DNA of 64,000 nt, from positions 122,128-186,127 of the forward strand of contig DOZH01000008.1 in assembly GCA_003518105.1 (NCBI GenBank). The letters are read 5' to 3'. A program made the translations under genes and the position numbers. Of this stretch, positions 9,632 to 18,951 are shown one piece after another; positions within the stretch are counted from its first letter, which is position 1, and each line of letters begins with the position of its first letter. Below the pieces are notes generated by a model that saw only the letters and a program-made list of their open reading frames with translations, was not told the origin of the DNA and did not search any database. The stretch is from Candidatus Uhrbacteria bacterium (GTDB lineage: Bacteria; Patescibacteriota; Patescibacteriia; UBA9934).

Positions 9632-11389
9632 CTAAGGCAAAAATCCGCCAGCCTGGATACTCCACAATTTTTTATACGTCCCTTCGTGTTTAATTAATTC
9701 AGCGTGCGTGCCGGCGTCGATCACGTCGCCTTTTTCGATGACCACAATGCGGTCCATCTGCATAATCGTCGATAATCTGTGCGCGATAACGATGACAGTT
9801 TTACTCTTCATGAGCTCACTCAGGGCGTCTTGAATAAGAGCCTCGCTTTCGGAGTCCAAACTGCTTGTGGCCTCGTCGAGCACGAGAATGGGCGAGTTTT
9901 TAAGAATAGCCCTGGCGATAGCCACACGTTGACGTTCACCGCCGGAAAGCTTCACCCCCCGTTCACCGACTTTGGTGCTGTAGCCCAGTGGTAACTCCGC
10001 AATGAACTCGTGACAGTGCGCCTTCTTGCTGGCAGCAATCACCTCCTTATCGCTAGCCTCACGCCGGCCGTAACGGATGTTCTCCATGATGGTGCGGTGG
10101 AAGAGCAATGAGTCCTGCGGCACGAGCGAAACGAGCGAGCGCAAACTGTCCTGCGTCACTTTGCTGATATCCTGCCCGTCGATGGTAATACTACCCTTAG
10201 TGACATCAAAGAAGCGCATGAGTAGTTTGATAACAGTACTCTTTCCTGCTCCGCTCGGTCCAACAAAAGCAATTTTCTCACGAGCTTTTATATCAAGGTT
10301 CATATCCTCCATGATTGGACGATCGAGATTGTATCCGAAGGAGACGTTTTTAAAACTGATTTCACCTTTTTTGACTAAGAGTTTTTTAGCTCCACGCTTA
10401 TCCGTAATCTCAAAAGGCAATTCGAGGACGTCCACCATTTCCTTGGCGTCGGCAAAACCGTCGTAGAGATCACGAATGACCCGTCCGAAGTCGTACAGCC
10501 GCATGAACAAGGCCACAAGTGCCGTCTGAATGAGGGCAAAGTCGCCTAGCGTCATCTTTCCTTGCACATACAGGTTAATAGCCACATACATGGCCACGCC
10601 TTGTAACGCGAACATGAAGCCAGCTTGCACGCCGTCATTCACGCTACCCAAATTCCAGGTGAAGCTCACCATTTTACGCCAACGTGAATTTACTTCCCAG
10701 AACCTGGCGGCTTCGAACTTTTTTCCGACGAACTGCTGAATAGTTGTCGCATTACTCACGGCGTCGGCCAGCTTACCGCCTGATTCCGTGTCGAGCTCAG
10801 CGCGCACCAAGTCGTATTTAAGCTTCCAGCGAGCCACGATAATGTTGACGACCACGAACAAAACTGCCCAGCCGCTCAGAATTGCGGCAAACAATGGGCT
10901 ACGTAAATAGAAGATGACGATAGTACCAATAATGCTAATAAAAATCTGGACCAGCTTCCAGATGATTTGGTCCATGATGCGCTCGAAGGCGCGGCCGAAA
11001 CGATGGATTTTTTTGACCAGTGAACCGGCAAAGTTGTCGGTGAAAAAACGGTAGGAGTGATCGAGGAGGTGCTCGAAGGCCGTTTGCTCGAGGTCAATGA
11101 TGACGCGCGGCTGAATAAAGTTGTTAGTGACGTCGGCACAACGCTGCAAAAGCCACAGGCCAAAGTTAACGCCAACTATCCAAACCAGCACGCTAATCAA
11201 GGTCGACGCCAGGTCGGCACCAGTCTGACCTGTGGTGAACGCGTCAAAAAATTGCTTGTTGAGCAAGGCTGGCACCAAGTTAAGCAAGTTGAGGGCCACC
11301 AAAACAATAAGTAGAAACGCGAGCGCAACCGGATAACGCCTCACGTGTCGCCAGTAAACTTTTATTGTTGGGCCAATGGATAACGACAT
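9632..11389 (-). CDS. ABC exporter, fused permease/ATPase (MsbA/Atm1-like)
   Basis: Transmembrane domain plus GPSGAGKS, LSGGERQR and LVLDEATS. Confidence 0.95.
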   Translation of the reverse strand: MSLSIGPTIKVYWRHVRRYPVALAFLLIVLVALNLLNLVPALLNKQFFDAFTTGQTGADLASTLISVLVWIVGVNFGLWLLQRCADVTNNFIQPRVIIDLEQTAFEHLLDHSYRFFTDNFAGSLVKKIHRFGRAFERIMDQIIWKLVQIFISIIGTIVIFYLRSPLFAAILSGWAVLFVVVNIIVARWKLKYDLVRAELDTESGGKLADAVSNATTIQQFVGKKFEAARFWEVNSRWRKMVSFTWNLGSVNDGVQAGFMFALQGVAMYVAINLYVQGKMTLGDFALIQTALVALFMRLYDFGRVIRDLYDGFADAKEMVDVLELPFEITDKRGAKKLLVKKGEISFKNVSFGYNLDRPIMEDMNLDIKAREKIAFVGPSGAGKSTVIKLLMRFFDVTKGSITIDGQDISKVTQDSLRSLVSLVPQDSLLFHRTIMENIRYGRREASDKEVIAASKKAHCHEFIAELPLGYSTKVGERGVKLSGGERQRVAIARAILKNSPILVLDEATSSLDSESEALIQDALSELMKSKTVIVIAHRLSTIMQMDRIVVIEKGDVIDAGTHAELIKHEGTYKKLWSIQAGGFLP

Positions 11390-11406
11390 GGCCAGATTAT
11401 ACCACA

Positions 11407-11444
11407 GGTGAATACCCCTGGTTTATACCCCAGGTGTATTCACC
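11407..11444. terminator. Hairpin at the left edge of the defence island, possibly the DUF2779 terminator
   Basis: GGTGAATAC-CCCTGG...CCAGG-T-GTATTCACC inverted repeat; no clear U-tract. Confidence 0.45.
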
Positions 11445-11452
11445 AATCCCTT

Positions 11453-12934
11453 CTACAATCCCTTCAACACCCGATAAATCTCCACCATCGCCCAAGTGTC
11501 GAGCGCGCAGTAGTCGAGCAAATCGCGTTTAATCTTCTCCTTATCACTGGCCGACGTCGACGCTAAGATGAGCTTCTCCCAACGCTCACTCGCCTGGTCG
11601 CCCTTGCTGATGTTCATCACACTGTAATTGAGCTCGGGAACGAGTACTGGCAAAACTTTTTTAATACTTGCACTCCCCTTAAAAGCCGGGTCGACGTAAT
11701 AGCCATCAGAAAAAATCGTCATCAAGTCGAACATCTTGTCATTAATTTCTTTCAAGAACGAGGCGTGCTCAGGATGCAGTTCAGCTAGCTTATCGTTACG
11801 CTGCTTCTCATAACTACTATACCAACTGATTACCGTCCCGTTAGGATCGAGGTCGAGCTTCATCCTTTCAATAAGTGGCAAGGTCAAATCACCCTCGGGC
11901 TCGGTGATGAGAAACTCACGATGCTCAATCTCCCCATCTGCTCCCATGATGTGGAGCGAGTATTGGAAAGGAATTTGCTCATACGCTCCAAAGCCGTCGA
12001 ACATGGGAATGGCACTCGAGTAGCCCTCGTAATCAAAGAACTGCAAAGGGAACACCAAGCCGCCGAGCGCCTCTTTAATGGCCCCATAGTCGATGATGGC
12101 CTTCCCGAGCACATAAGACTCATACTGCAACTTTTGCGCCGCATTCAAGTCTTCTGGATTGTGAATGTCCGTCAACGCCAACTCCCCCCGGTCCACCCAA
12201 TCAATCAACTTCTTCTTGCTCATGCCAATCCGGTTGAAATTGTGCACTGAATACTCGGGCACTTCAGGATTGGAATACGCAAAAGTGGAGCAGTGATTAC
12301 TCCTCCCCTCGTACACGCAAGCGCAACCCTTTTCCTCCGGCAACGTCAAACACTCCTTCATCTGCATCATCTCCCCCTTTACCTGCTCTTCCGCCGCCGT
12401 CACTTCACCCGTCAAATCAGATTCGATGAATAACTCACAATTCACCACCTTGCCATTTTTACGATATTCACGATTCAAATGAATGACGCCGGTCTTAACT
12501 ACTTTCACCCCACACGCCTCAATGACAATTTTCTGAAAAGCCAAGTCGTTGACGTGGTGATGCGGCACTTTACGCTTCACCTCATTCGTCGCTTTCACCT
12601 CCCATAACTCCCAACCGCCGAGCTCTACATTAAAACACAAAATATCCGCCCGTAAGTAAAATACGTCCTCCTGGAACGTCGCCTGAAAAATAGTCTTCTT
12701 CTCCTCCATGACCTTCTTAGTATCAATCACCGCTTGGCCATGATGTGATTCGACGAGCACGCCTTCTGGATAAAGGAGTCTACAAGCCGCCTCTGCCAAG
12801 TTACCATCCTCGATAATCTTCTTCTCAAAGTCGCTAAACTCCACATCTACAAATAACTCGGGCTTATGCTTACGCAGCCACAGGTTCTTGCGACAAAATG
12901 TATATTCCAGGTAATCGGTTTTGGTGATGAGCAT
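11453..12934 (-). CDS. DUF2779 domain protein (N-terminal PD-(D/E)XK/Cas4-like region, C-terminal RNase H/DEDD-like region)
   Basis: ADIL...WEVK, FFDYE, QIPFQYSLH, SIKKVLP and YCALDT motifs. Confidence 0.8.
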   Translation of the reverse strand: MLITKTDYLEYTFCRKNLWLRKHKPELFVDVEFSDFEKKIIEDGNLAEAACRLLYPEGVLVESHHGQAVIDTKKVMEEKKTIFQATFQEDVFYLRADILCFNVELGGWELWEVKATNEVKRKVPHHHVNDLAFQKIVIEACGVKVVKTGVIHLNREYRKNGKVVNCELFIESDLTGEVTAAEEQVKGEMMQMKECLTLPEEKGCACVYEGRSNHCSTFAYSNPEVPEYSVHNFNRIGMSKKKLIDWVDRGELALTDIHNPEDLNAAQKLQYESYVLGKAIIDYGAIKEALGGLVFPLQFFDYEGYSSAIPMFDGFGAYEQIPFQYSLHIMGADGEIEHREFLITEPEGDLTLPLIERMKLDLDPNGTVISWYSSYEKQRNDKLAELHPEHASFLKEINDKMFDLMTIFSDGYYVDPAFKGSASIKKVLPVLVPELNYSVMNISKGDQASERWEKLILASTSASDKEKIKRDLLDYCALDTWAMVEIYRVLKGL

Positions 12935-12936
12935 AG

Positions 12937-13272
12937 CTATAGAGTTTTAAGGTATTCAACAATTCTTGCGCGATCCTCATTAGCTTTATCTCCCTTAAAG
13001 TATATTTCTATATATAAAAAGGTTAGAGAAGTTTCGTGATAGGCGTAAATAACTCGTATCGCATGATTTCGCAGGCTTCGACATGATAATCGTGATTTAA
13101 TAATTGTGACTTCATTCGCCTTCTGTAGTATCGAGAAATTATTGCCAGTTCCTAATGGATACTGCTCCAACAAGATTTGGAGTCTGCCTAGATCTTCAAC
13201 CAAGCTTGGGTATTTCTTATTTAGTCTTTTAAACTCTCGAGAAAACTCTGGCAGTTCTCTAAAGTTGGTCAT
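12937..13272 (-). CDS. RelE/ParE-superfamily toxin
   Basis: F.REFKRLNKKYPSL..DL...RVIYAY...IEIYFKGDK; overlaps the 3' end of the antitoxin gene. Confidence 0.75.
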   Translation of the reverse strand: MTNFRELPEFSREFKRLNKKYPSLVEDLGRLQILLEQYPLGTGNNFSILQKANEVTIIKSRLSCRSLRNHAIRVIYAYHETSLTFLYIEIYFKGDKANEDRARIVEYLKTL

Positions 13273-14053
13273 ATTCCCCAACCGAAGTTTCCACCGGTCG
13301 ATAAAAGACGAACTCATAATCTAACACCTGCCTATCCTTAGCAATAAACCACGGCGTATCCTTATGCGATAAAGCCGAAATCTGCGCTGCTGTCATGTCT
13401 GACAATCTATTGAGCTCCCAATCAATATGAGCTATCTCCATGCCAGATAATTCCGTCAAGCTAATAGCTTCATTCGGGTTAACTAAATACTTAGTTTGGT
13501 CGTATTTATAAAACTTACTCTTAATAGTTTCGAGCTTACCCGATTCCTCCAACTCCTGAATTATCTTAGCAAAGATAACTGGCGTCGGCCCATGCGTATT
13601 TTTAATATAACGAGCACCAATCAGCTGCTCGTCATACTTTTCGTAATAATCGAAGTCAATAAAATACAAAATTTTGTAAAGAGTAGTTTGGCCGACATTC
13701 GGTTTACCCCCAATTTTCAACAAAATATACAACAAAACTTGTTTGAACTTCTCGACTCTCTCCTGCGGCACCGAAATTCTATCCTCAGCAACAACTACAG
13801 GCTTAGTTTCATTCTTATTCGACTTGGTTTGCATTACCTCATGGCAGACAACCTTACCAGCTCTAATATCCTCAAACGAAATATCAAAAATCTGACTCAA
13901 TACTTCCGCCTCCCCGAAAGTGAGCTCTCTTTTTCCCTGTTCAAAGGCAATATAACTCGAGCGCGAAATCTCGAGTCTCTCCGCCACCTCCAATTGTGAC
14001 CAGCCTCGCTCTAACCGCAGCTTTTTGATAAGTGGACAATATAGTTTAGACAT
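13259..14053 (-). CDS. XRE HTH fused to DUF4065 (Panacea/SocA-like) antitoxin
   Basis: IKKLRLERGWSQLEVAERLEISR HTH; LYKILYFIDF, HGPTP and LSHKDTPW Panacea motifs. Confidence 0.85.
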   Translation of the reverse strand: MSKLYCPLIKKLRLERGWSQLEVAERLEISRSSYIAFEQGKRELTFGEAEVLSQIFDISFEDIRAGKVVCHEVMQTKSNKNETKPVVVAEDRISVPQERVEKFKQVLLYILLKIGGKPNVGQTTLYKILYFIDFDYYEKYDEQLIGARYIKNTHGPTPVIFAKIIQELEESGKLETIKSKFYKYDQTKYLVNPNEAISLTELSGMEIAHIDWELNRLSDMTAAQISALSHKDTPWFIAKDRQVLDYEFVFYRPVETSVGEYDQL

Positions 14054-14145
14054 AACTAAAGTGTAGCTTTTTAATGTCGTAATGTCAAACAGTTCAATGT
14101 GTGGATAATTGACACTATCATCAAATCTCACTCCTTTAAGCAATC

Positions 14146-14604
14146 CTACAACTCCACATATTCCTCTGTACTTGTGTCCTCCTGATTATACGCCAAGTCG
14201 TCACTATCAGCGTCGACGTTGGGCGAGGCGGCCTGGTTCACCTGGCCAGTGCTGACTGCCGTCTGTAACGCCTTTGTAGCCCACAGCCGAAAATGCGTAG
14301 CCACAGCCGGCTTGGTGCGATAGCCCACGGAGATAATCGCATCAAGATTGTAGAACTGCGTATTGTACTTTTTCCCATCCTTTGCAGTTATCCGGTATTT
14401 CCGGATAACTGTATTCTGGCTAAGCTCAGCAGTTTTGAATATATTCTGCAAATGCTCATTCACCGTCCGCACATCCACCCCGAACAAACCCGCCATCATC
14501 TTCTGACTCAACCACACACTCCCCAGCTCCACGCGTACCTGAATGCGGCCTGCGCCATGAGGAGAGGTGTAGAGGATCTTTGGTGTTGTTGATAACTTTG
14601 ACAA
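14146..14604 (-). CDS. Short RhuM-family protein (N-terminal DNA-binding region only)
   Basis: VWLSQKMMAGLF, EHLQNIF, YNLDAIISVGYR and FRLWAT; TTG start uncertain; lacks the C-terminal half seen in 23804..24820. Confidence 0.75.
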   Translation of the reverse strand: MSKLSTTPKILYTSPHGAGRIQVRVELGSVWLSQKMMAGLFGVDVRTVNEHLQNIFKTAELSQNTVIRKYRITAKDGKKYNTQFYNLDAIISVGYRTKPAVATHFRLWATKALQTAVSTGQVNQAASPNVDADSDDLAYNQEDTSTEEYVEL

Positions 14605-14626
14605 AAAGCAAAATTTCTGGAATAAT
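14598..14626 (+). promoter_or_regulatory. sigma70 promoter pointing into the structured RNA
   Basis: TTGACA at 14598-14603, 17-bp spacer, TG-G-AATAAT extended -10 at 14621-14626. Confidence 0.65.
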
Positions 14627-14632
14627 TTAGTT

Positions 14633-14706
14633 GGAAGTGCCTCATATCCGAACTGTAGCGTTTATCGCTGCGTTCCCGAAAGGGATAGGATATGAGGCTT
14701 TTGTTT
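14633..14706 (+). ncRNA. Candidate DUF3800-associated structured RNA (multi-stem junction)
   Basis: Perfect 11-bp P1 GCCTCATATCC(14639-49)/GGATATGAGGC(14688-98) encloses GTAGCG-TTTAT-CGCTGC and TCCC-GAAA-GGGA hairpins, followed by a U-tract. Has an upstream promoter and abuts the DUF3800 stop codon. Confidence 0.65.
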
Positions 14707-15338
14707 TATAACGAAGGCCAGGTTTGTACAAAAATTTCTCTGTGAGCTATTAGCCGACGGAACTCGTCTGATCTCGACTGCCCGCTCTGAACAGAACGAC
14801 AAGTAATACTGGCCGTATAATCTGCTAATTGCAATAAGTTATTACTTTGCGACCTTTGCATCTTAACTTTTCTAATAACTGATTCTCCAGTATTTCCTTT
14901 AACTTTTTGTCGCAGATAACGAGCTAACTGTTGCTGAAAATCATCTCCACTACTTTCATCGATCACCACAATAGCCTCAGAAATTCTTCCCTTGGCATTT
15001 TCAAATACTAAACCACAGACGTACTTATAGAATGAGCTCTTGTTCTTGAATCCTTCTCCGTATAATTTGTCCTTATTGATAACAATTCCGTAATAGAAGA
15101 ATCCATAAGGCCCTACCGCCTCTAAAAATGCCTTGCGTACCCTCGCTGAATTACGCTTAAAGTGAAATTCCTGACCAGCTCTCCACCCGAGTTCACGTTT
15201 CAATAACTCTATCCTCTGATCACAAGCTGTAGCCTCGTCGCTATCCCAAAATGCCACCAAAGAAATACCAAAATATTTGCTCGACCCAGCGGCCAGCTTC
15301 AGACCAGTATCTCCAGATTCATCAATAAAAACCAACAT
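14706..15338 (-). CDS. DUF3800 domain protein (RNase H-like fold)
   Basis: FIDESGD, EFHF, VVIDE and LLQLAD motifs. Confidence 0.88.
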   Translation of the reverse strand: MLVFIDESGDTGLKLAAGSSKYFGISLVAFWDSDEATACDQRIELLKRELGWRAGQEFHFKRNSARVRKAFLEAVGPYGFFYYGIVINKDKLYGEGFKNKSSFYKYVCGLVFENAKGRISEAIVVIDESSGDDFQQQLARYLRQKVKGNTGESVIRKVKMQRSQSNNLLQLADYTASITCRSVQSGQSRSDEFRRLIAHREIFVQTWPSL

Positions 15339-15445
15339 GAGAGCTTATCAATAACTTTTCTATTATATCAAGACAGGGTGACGTTCGACTATAATTCCAA
15401 ACAACTCCTCCCATCTGCCTTTGACTCAACCACGAAACTTAACAG

Positions 15446-16135
15446 TTATCTCAACTCAACCGGTGCCAAACCATTCAAAGCCTTATGAGGGAAATAGTTC
15501 CAAGCATTCGTTACTAGCTCTATAGCGTCACCCAAGTCAATCTTCCGACCACCATCATCAAATATAGCTAGAATATCAGTCATGTCGTCTGTCTCTTCCT
15601 CATTATAAATCATGTCTTTAATCTCCTGTAGTGTATGGCCACCTTCAACCAATTCAAGCATATCAAGTAGGTCATGCTCAATCAAAACACGCTGCTTAAT
15701 AATTTGCTTTTGTGATAATTTACGACTTGAACTCTTTACCTGCAACGGCGACTTAACTACCGGTGGTATATCAAGTTTCGCCATGACAAATTCATGCAAT
15801 CCAATCAACATATCTTCACACTCCTTGGCTCGCTTAGCAGCTCTAGCTAGCACAACCTCACCGGTATATTCTTCAAGAAAAGCACAAGTCACAAAACCTT
15901 CCTTTTCTCCGCAATCCTCTGCTTGATCTAGTAATTGCTGCACCTCTTCGTCATCCTTGAATAATACTCGATGCTTCTTAATTAGATTAAATGTTAAAGG
16001 ATTGAGGTCAATTTCCACAGTTATAAAAACTCTGCTAACAGCGTCTCCCCATATTCGTGTTTCGGTAATCAACCTTACCTGAGAATATGGCTTATCGCCC
16101 CACATTTCATCTTTTTGCTGTTGTGTTAGTGTCAT
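15446..16135 (-). CDS. Hypothetical protein, two-domain, acidic
   Basis: 229-aa ORF in the island; C-terminal AWNYFPHKALNGLAP motif. Confidence 0.6.
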   Translation of the reverse strand: MTLTQQQKDEMWGDKPYSQVRLITETRIWGDAVSRVFITVEIDLNPLTFNLIKKHRVLFKDDEEVQQLLDQAEDCGEKEGFVTCAFLEEYTGEVVLARAAKRAKECEDMLIGLHEFVMAKLDIPPVVKSPLQVKSSSRKLSQKQIIKQRVLIEHDLLDMLELVEGGHTLQEIKDMIYNEEETDDMTDILAIFDDGGRKIDLGDAIELVTNAWNYFPHKALNGLAPVELR

Positions 16136-16159
16136 ATTTAACTTAAATAAATTCTTAAT

Positions 16160-16610
16160 CTATTCCTCAGATAAAGCATCAAATCTCTTCAACTCCTCGT
16201 TAAATGCCGCCCTCATCTCCTTAATTAATAGTCATCGGTGCGTCTTGATCAACCTTAACATGCCCATTTTCTAAACACCAACTATAACACTGCAAAATCG
16301 CTCTAGCTAATCGTCGAATTCTATCATTACCACACAGCATCTTACGTGGTAAAAAATAACTAATAAAATCAGCAAAAAATACTCCATCCAAAAACTCAGC
16401 ACTAAAATACTCTGTGAATCTCTCCCCTTTAAACTCACTCCTTTCAAATGTCTCCAACTCTTCATCTTCCAAGAAATCGGTGCAGTAACCGTCACAATAA
16501 TCCTCAAACAATCCCACGGCATCTTGATGACAAGCTAAAACCGCCAGACTTGAAACTTTAGCCCGTGCTTCTAGATATTCCAGCAAAACATCATGAATTG
16601 TTTTATCCAT
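16160..16610 (-). CDS. Hypothetical protein, probably frameshifted near the 3' end
   Basis: ORF 16221..16610 stops inside TTAATTAA; removing 4 bp extends it with KEMRAAFNEELKRFDALSEE to TAG at 16160. Confidence 0.5.
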
Positions 16611-16617
16611 AAATTAG

Positions 16618-17070
16618 TTAATTAACTTCTTTAGTTTCTCGATTCCATTGCTCAATATCAATTTTCCCAGTGTGCCGCTTCTCCTCCCCCTGTATAATAT
16701 AGTTAATTATTTGAGGTATCTCTCCATTTATTGTTAAATGCAAAACCAAACCTATTCCTCCCGGCAGTAATGGATTAGCATGTTTATAGATTAAACGACC
16801 GGAATGCCCAACTATAAAATCGCCAGATATAAGACTAACTGAACCTAAGTCTAAATTCAATAGAGGGGTGTGAAGAGCAGTTCTTCCTTCGTTAACTAGA
16901 AAAAAAGTTAGAGTAACTTGATTTATTGTCCTGGTATCGGTTGCTTTTAATTTAAGTGATGGTTTAGGTAATTGATAATATGAGAATGCCAGCTGACCGA
17001 TAAAAACCGCTACGCCGACCAACAGTGGAGCCAATAAAAATTCTGCAATCCACTCCATAGCACCAAACAT
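16618..17070 (-). CDS. Hypothetical protein with N-terminal TM helix and beta-rich domain
   Basis: Hydrophobic N-terminus; AT-rich; directly downstream of mod. Confidence 0.55.
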   Translation of the reverse strand: MFGAMEWIAEFLLAPLLVGVAVFIGQLAFSYYQLPKPSLKLKATDTRTINQVTLTFFLVNEGRTALHTPLLNLDLGSVSLISGDFIVGHSGRLIYKHANPLLPGGIGLVLHLTINGEIPQIINYIIQGEEKRHTGKIDIEQWNRETKEVN

Positions 17071-17076
17071 AAAATC

Positions 17077-18942
17077 TTAAACCAACCCCATCATCTCCCC
17101 AAACGCCTGGGACAGCTTCCACTTCTTCGTGGTATCGACAGCGCGGTGTAAGCCAATAAAACGGGTATCCTTGAATTTAGTTAGCTCCTCTACCGTATCC
17201 TCATGCAAATCAGCATCCAAGCAGACAATTGCCGTCCTATCGCCATCAGTCACCCTCCACACCACGTTACGAGTGAACTCCGGCAACTGCTCCTTCTGCA
17301 TGGTCAGCATAAAGCCCTGCTTCACCAAAGTCTCATACAACAAATCCGTCTCTTTACCCTCCGGTGTAAACATCAACTGCTGCTTAGCTCGCGCCAAATG
17401 TTCTTCAAACGCCTGTACGTTCTCTTCGTCCGTCTTCTCAGGATCCGACTCAAAATTATTCTCTGGGAAGACGCTAGTCGTCAACTTGAATACCTTAAAC
17501 CCAATATCAACCTCTGGCTTCTCAGCCTTAATCCTCTCCCCGGCCCTTTTAGCCCGTTCAATCGTAATACTGGAAATCTTTTTATACCCCGCTTTATACG
17601 CCTCACTATCCTCAGCGATCGCCTCAGGGATCTGCACCAAAATAAACTGCCTATTCCCACCATCTTCTTTATTCAATTCCATCACCGCCTGTGCTGTCGT
17701 ACCCGAACCTCCGAAGAAATCTACAACAAGATCTGATACATCAACGTTAGCGAGAGTTAATAATCTTGTAATTAACCTTACTGGTTTCGGGCCATCAAAA
17801 TTAACGCTATCATTAAATAGTTGCTTCACCTCTTTCGCTCCCTCCTGGCTATGGCCGACATCTTTATAAAATAATATTGAGGTTGGCGTCATTCCTTCTC
17901 TAACCTCCGACAAAAATCTTTTTATGGAAGGTACACTATTTCCGTCCTTGCCGAACCAAATTCGATTGTCTTCGAGTCTCTCAAAAAATGCATTTTTTGA
18001 GAGACTCCAGCAGCGCGCTGCTGGAGGCTCTACAACTCTTCCCGAGGGAGTAGTTATAGGATAGTCATTGTTAGCGCTATAAGTTTTTACCGACATGTCA
18101 CTAGCCTTCCATGCGCCACGAGGATCATTATCTAGATTCTGATAACGATCATTGGCTTCTTGAGAACGCTCTAATTTTCCTACCGTAAAGTCGGGAATAC
18201 TTTTTGCGTACATCAATACATAATCGTGGCTGTTAGAAATGTACTTGGCATCATTTTTCGGAGCATAAGCCCTCTCCCAAATCAATTGACTAACAAAATT
18301 TTCCATTCCAAACACCTCATCCATCAACTTCCTCAAATTATGCACTTCATTATCATCAATGCTGACAAAAATCACCCCGTCGTTTTTGAGTATCATCTGC
18401 GCCAAGAGTAAACGTGGCATCATCATGTTGAGCCAGTTGGTGTGATAGCGTCCGGCGCTTTCCGAGTTAGTGTCCACCTTTACGCCATCGCGGAACACGC
18501 CATTCTTCTCCCAATAAGCCTGCTTGCCTTCGGAGTAGTCGTCGGAGTAAACAAAATCATGGCCAGTGTTATAAGGAGGATCGATATAAATACACTTCAC
18601 CTTATTGTAATAGGCTTTGGATAGCAATTTAAGCACTTCCAAGTTCTCCCCCTCGATGATAACGTTCTTGGTCTCGTCGAAGTTCACACTACGCTCAAAG
18701 TCTGGCGCTAGACGGGCCTTACTACTCGTAAAGGCGTTCTTCTTAGCCTGCATCTTCCCTGGCCATTTGAACTCAAACTTTTCGCCTAACGACAAATCGT
18801 AGTTATGCGCCAAGGCATGGATCTCATCAATGCTGATTAGTCCCTCATCCGTAAACAAATCTGGATACAGCTTTTTAATTACTGCCAATCTTTCTTCACG
18901 CCAATCAGGTGAGGTAATATTTTTAGTGATTTCGTTATTCAT
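17077..18942 (-). CDS. mod: Type III restriction-modification methyltransferase
   Basis: IEGENLEVLKLL, IYIDPPYNTG, WLNMMMPRL and DFFGGSGTT (beta-class order). Confidence 0.95.
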   Translation of the reverse strand: MNNEITKNITSPDWREERLAVIKKLYPDLFTDEGLISIDEIHALAHNYDLSLGEKFEFKWPGKMQAKKNAFTSSKARLAPDFERSVNFDETKNVIIEGENLEVLKLLSKAYYNKVKCIYIDPPYNTGHDFVYSDDYSEGKQAYWEKNGVFRDGVKVDTNSESAGRYHTNWLNMMMPRLLLAQMILKNDGVIFVSIDDNEVHNLRKLMDEVFGMENFVSQLIWERAYAPKNDAKYISNSHDYVLMYAKSIPDFTVGKLERSQEANDRYQNLDNDPRGAWKASDMSVKTYSANNDYPITTPSGRVVEPPAARCWSLSKNAFFERLEDNRIWFGKDGNSVPSIKRFLSEVREGMTPTSILFYKDVGHSQEGAKEVKQLFNDSVNFDGPKPVRLITRLLTLANVDVSDLVVDFFGGSGTTAQAVMELNKEDGGNRQFILVQIPEAIAEDSEAYKAGYKKISSITIERAKRAGERIKAEKPEVDIGFKVFKLTTSVFPENNFESDPEKTDEENVQAFEEHLARAKQQLMFTPEGKETDLLYETLVKQGFMLTMQKEQLPEFTRNVVWRVTDGDRTAIVCLDADLHEDTVEELTKFKDTRFIGLHRAVDTTKKWKLSQAFGEMMGLV

Positions 18943-18951
18943 ATAGGCCTA

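Noticed and set aside
17129-17869. Long antisense ORFs over mod, and similar shadow ORFs over clpB, ribosomal genes, alaS and murJ
   Set aside because: They lie opposite well-supported genes and have no recognisable motifs; they are codon-bias shadows.
17077-18942. Phase-variable mod (phasevarion)
   Set aside because: No simple-sequence repeat tract is visible in or upstream of the gene.
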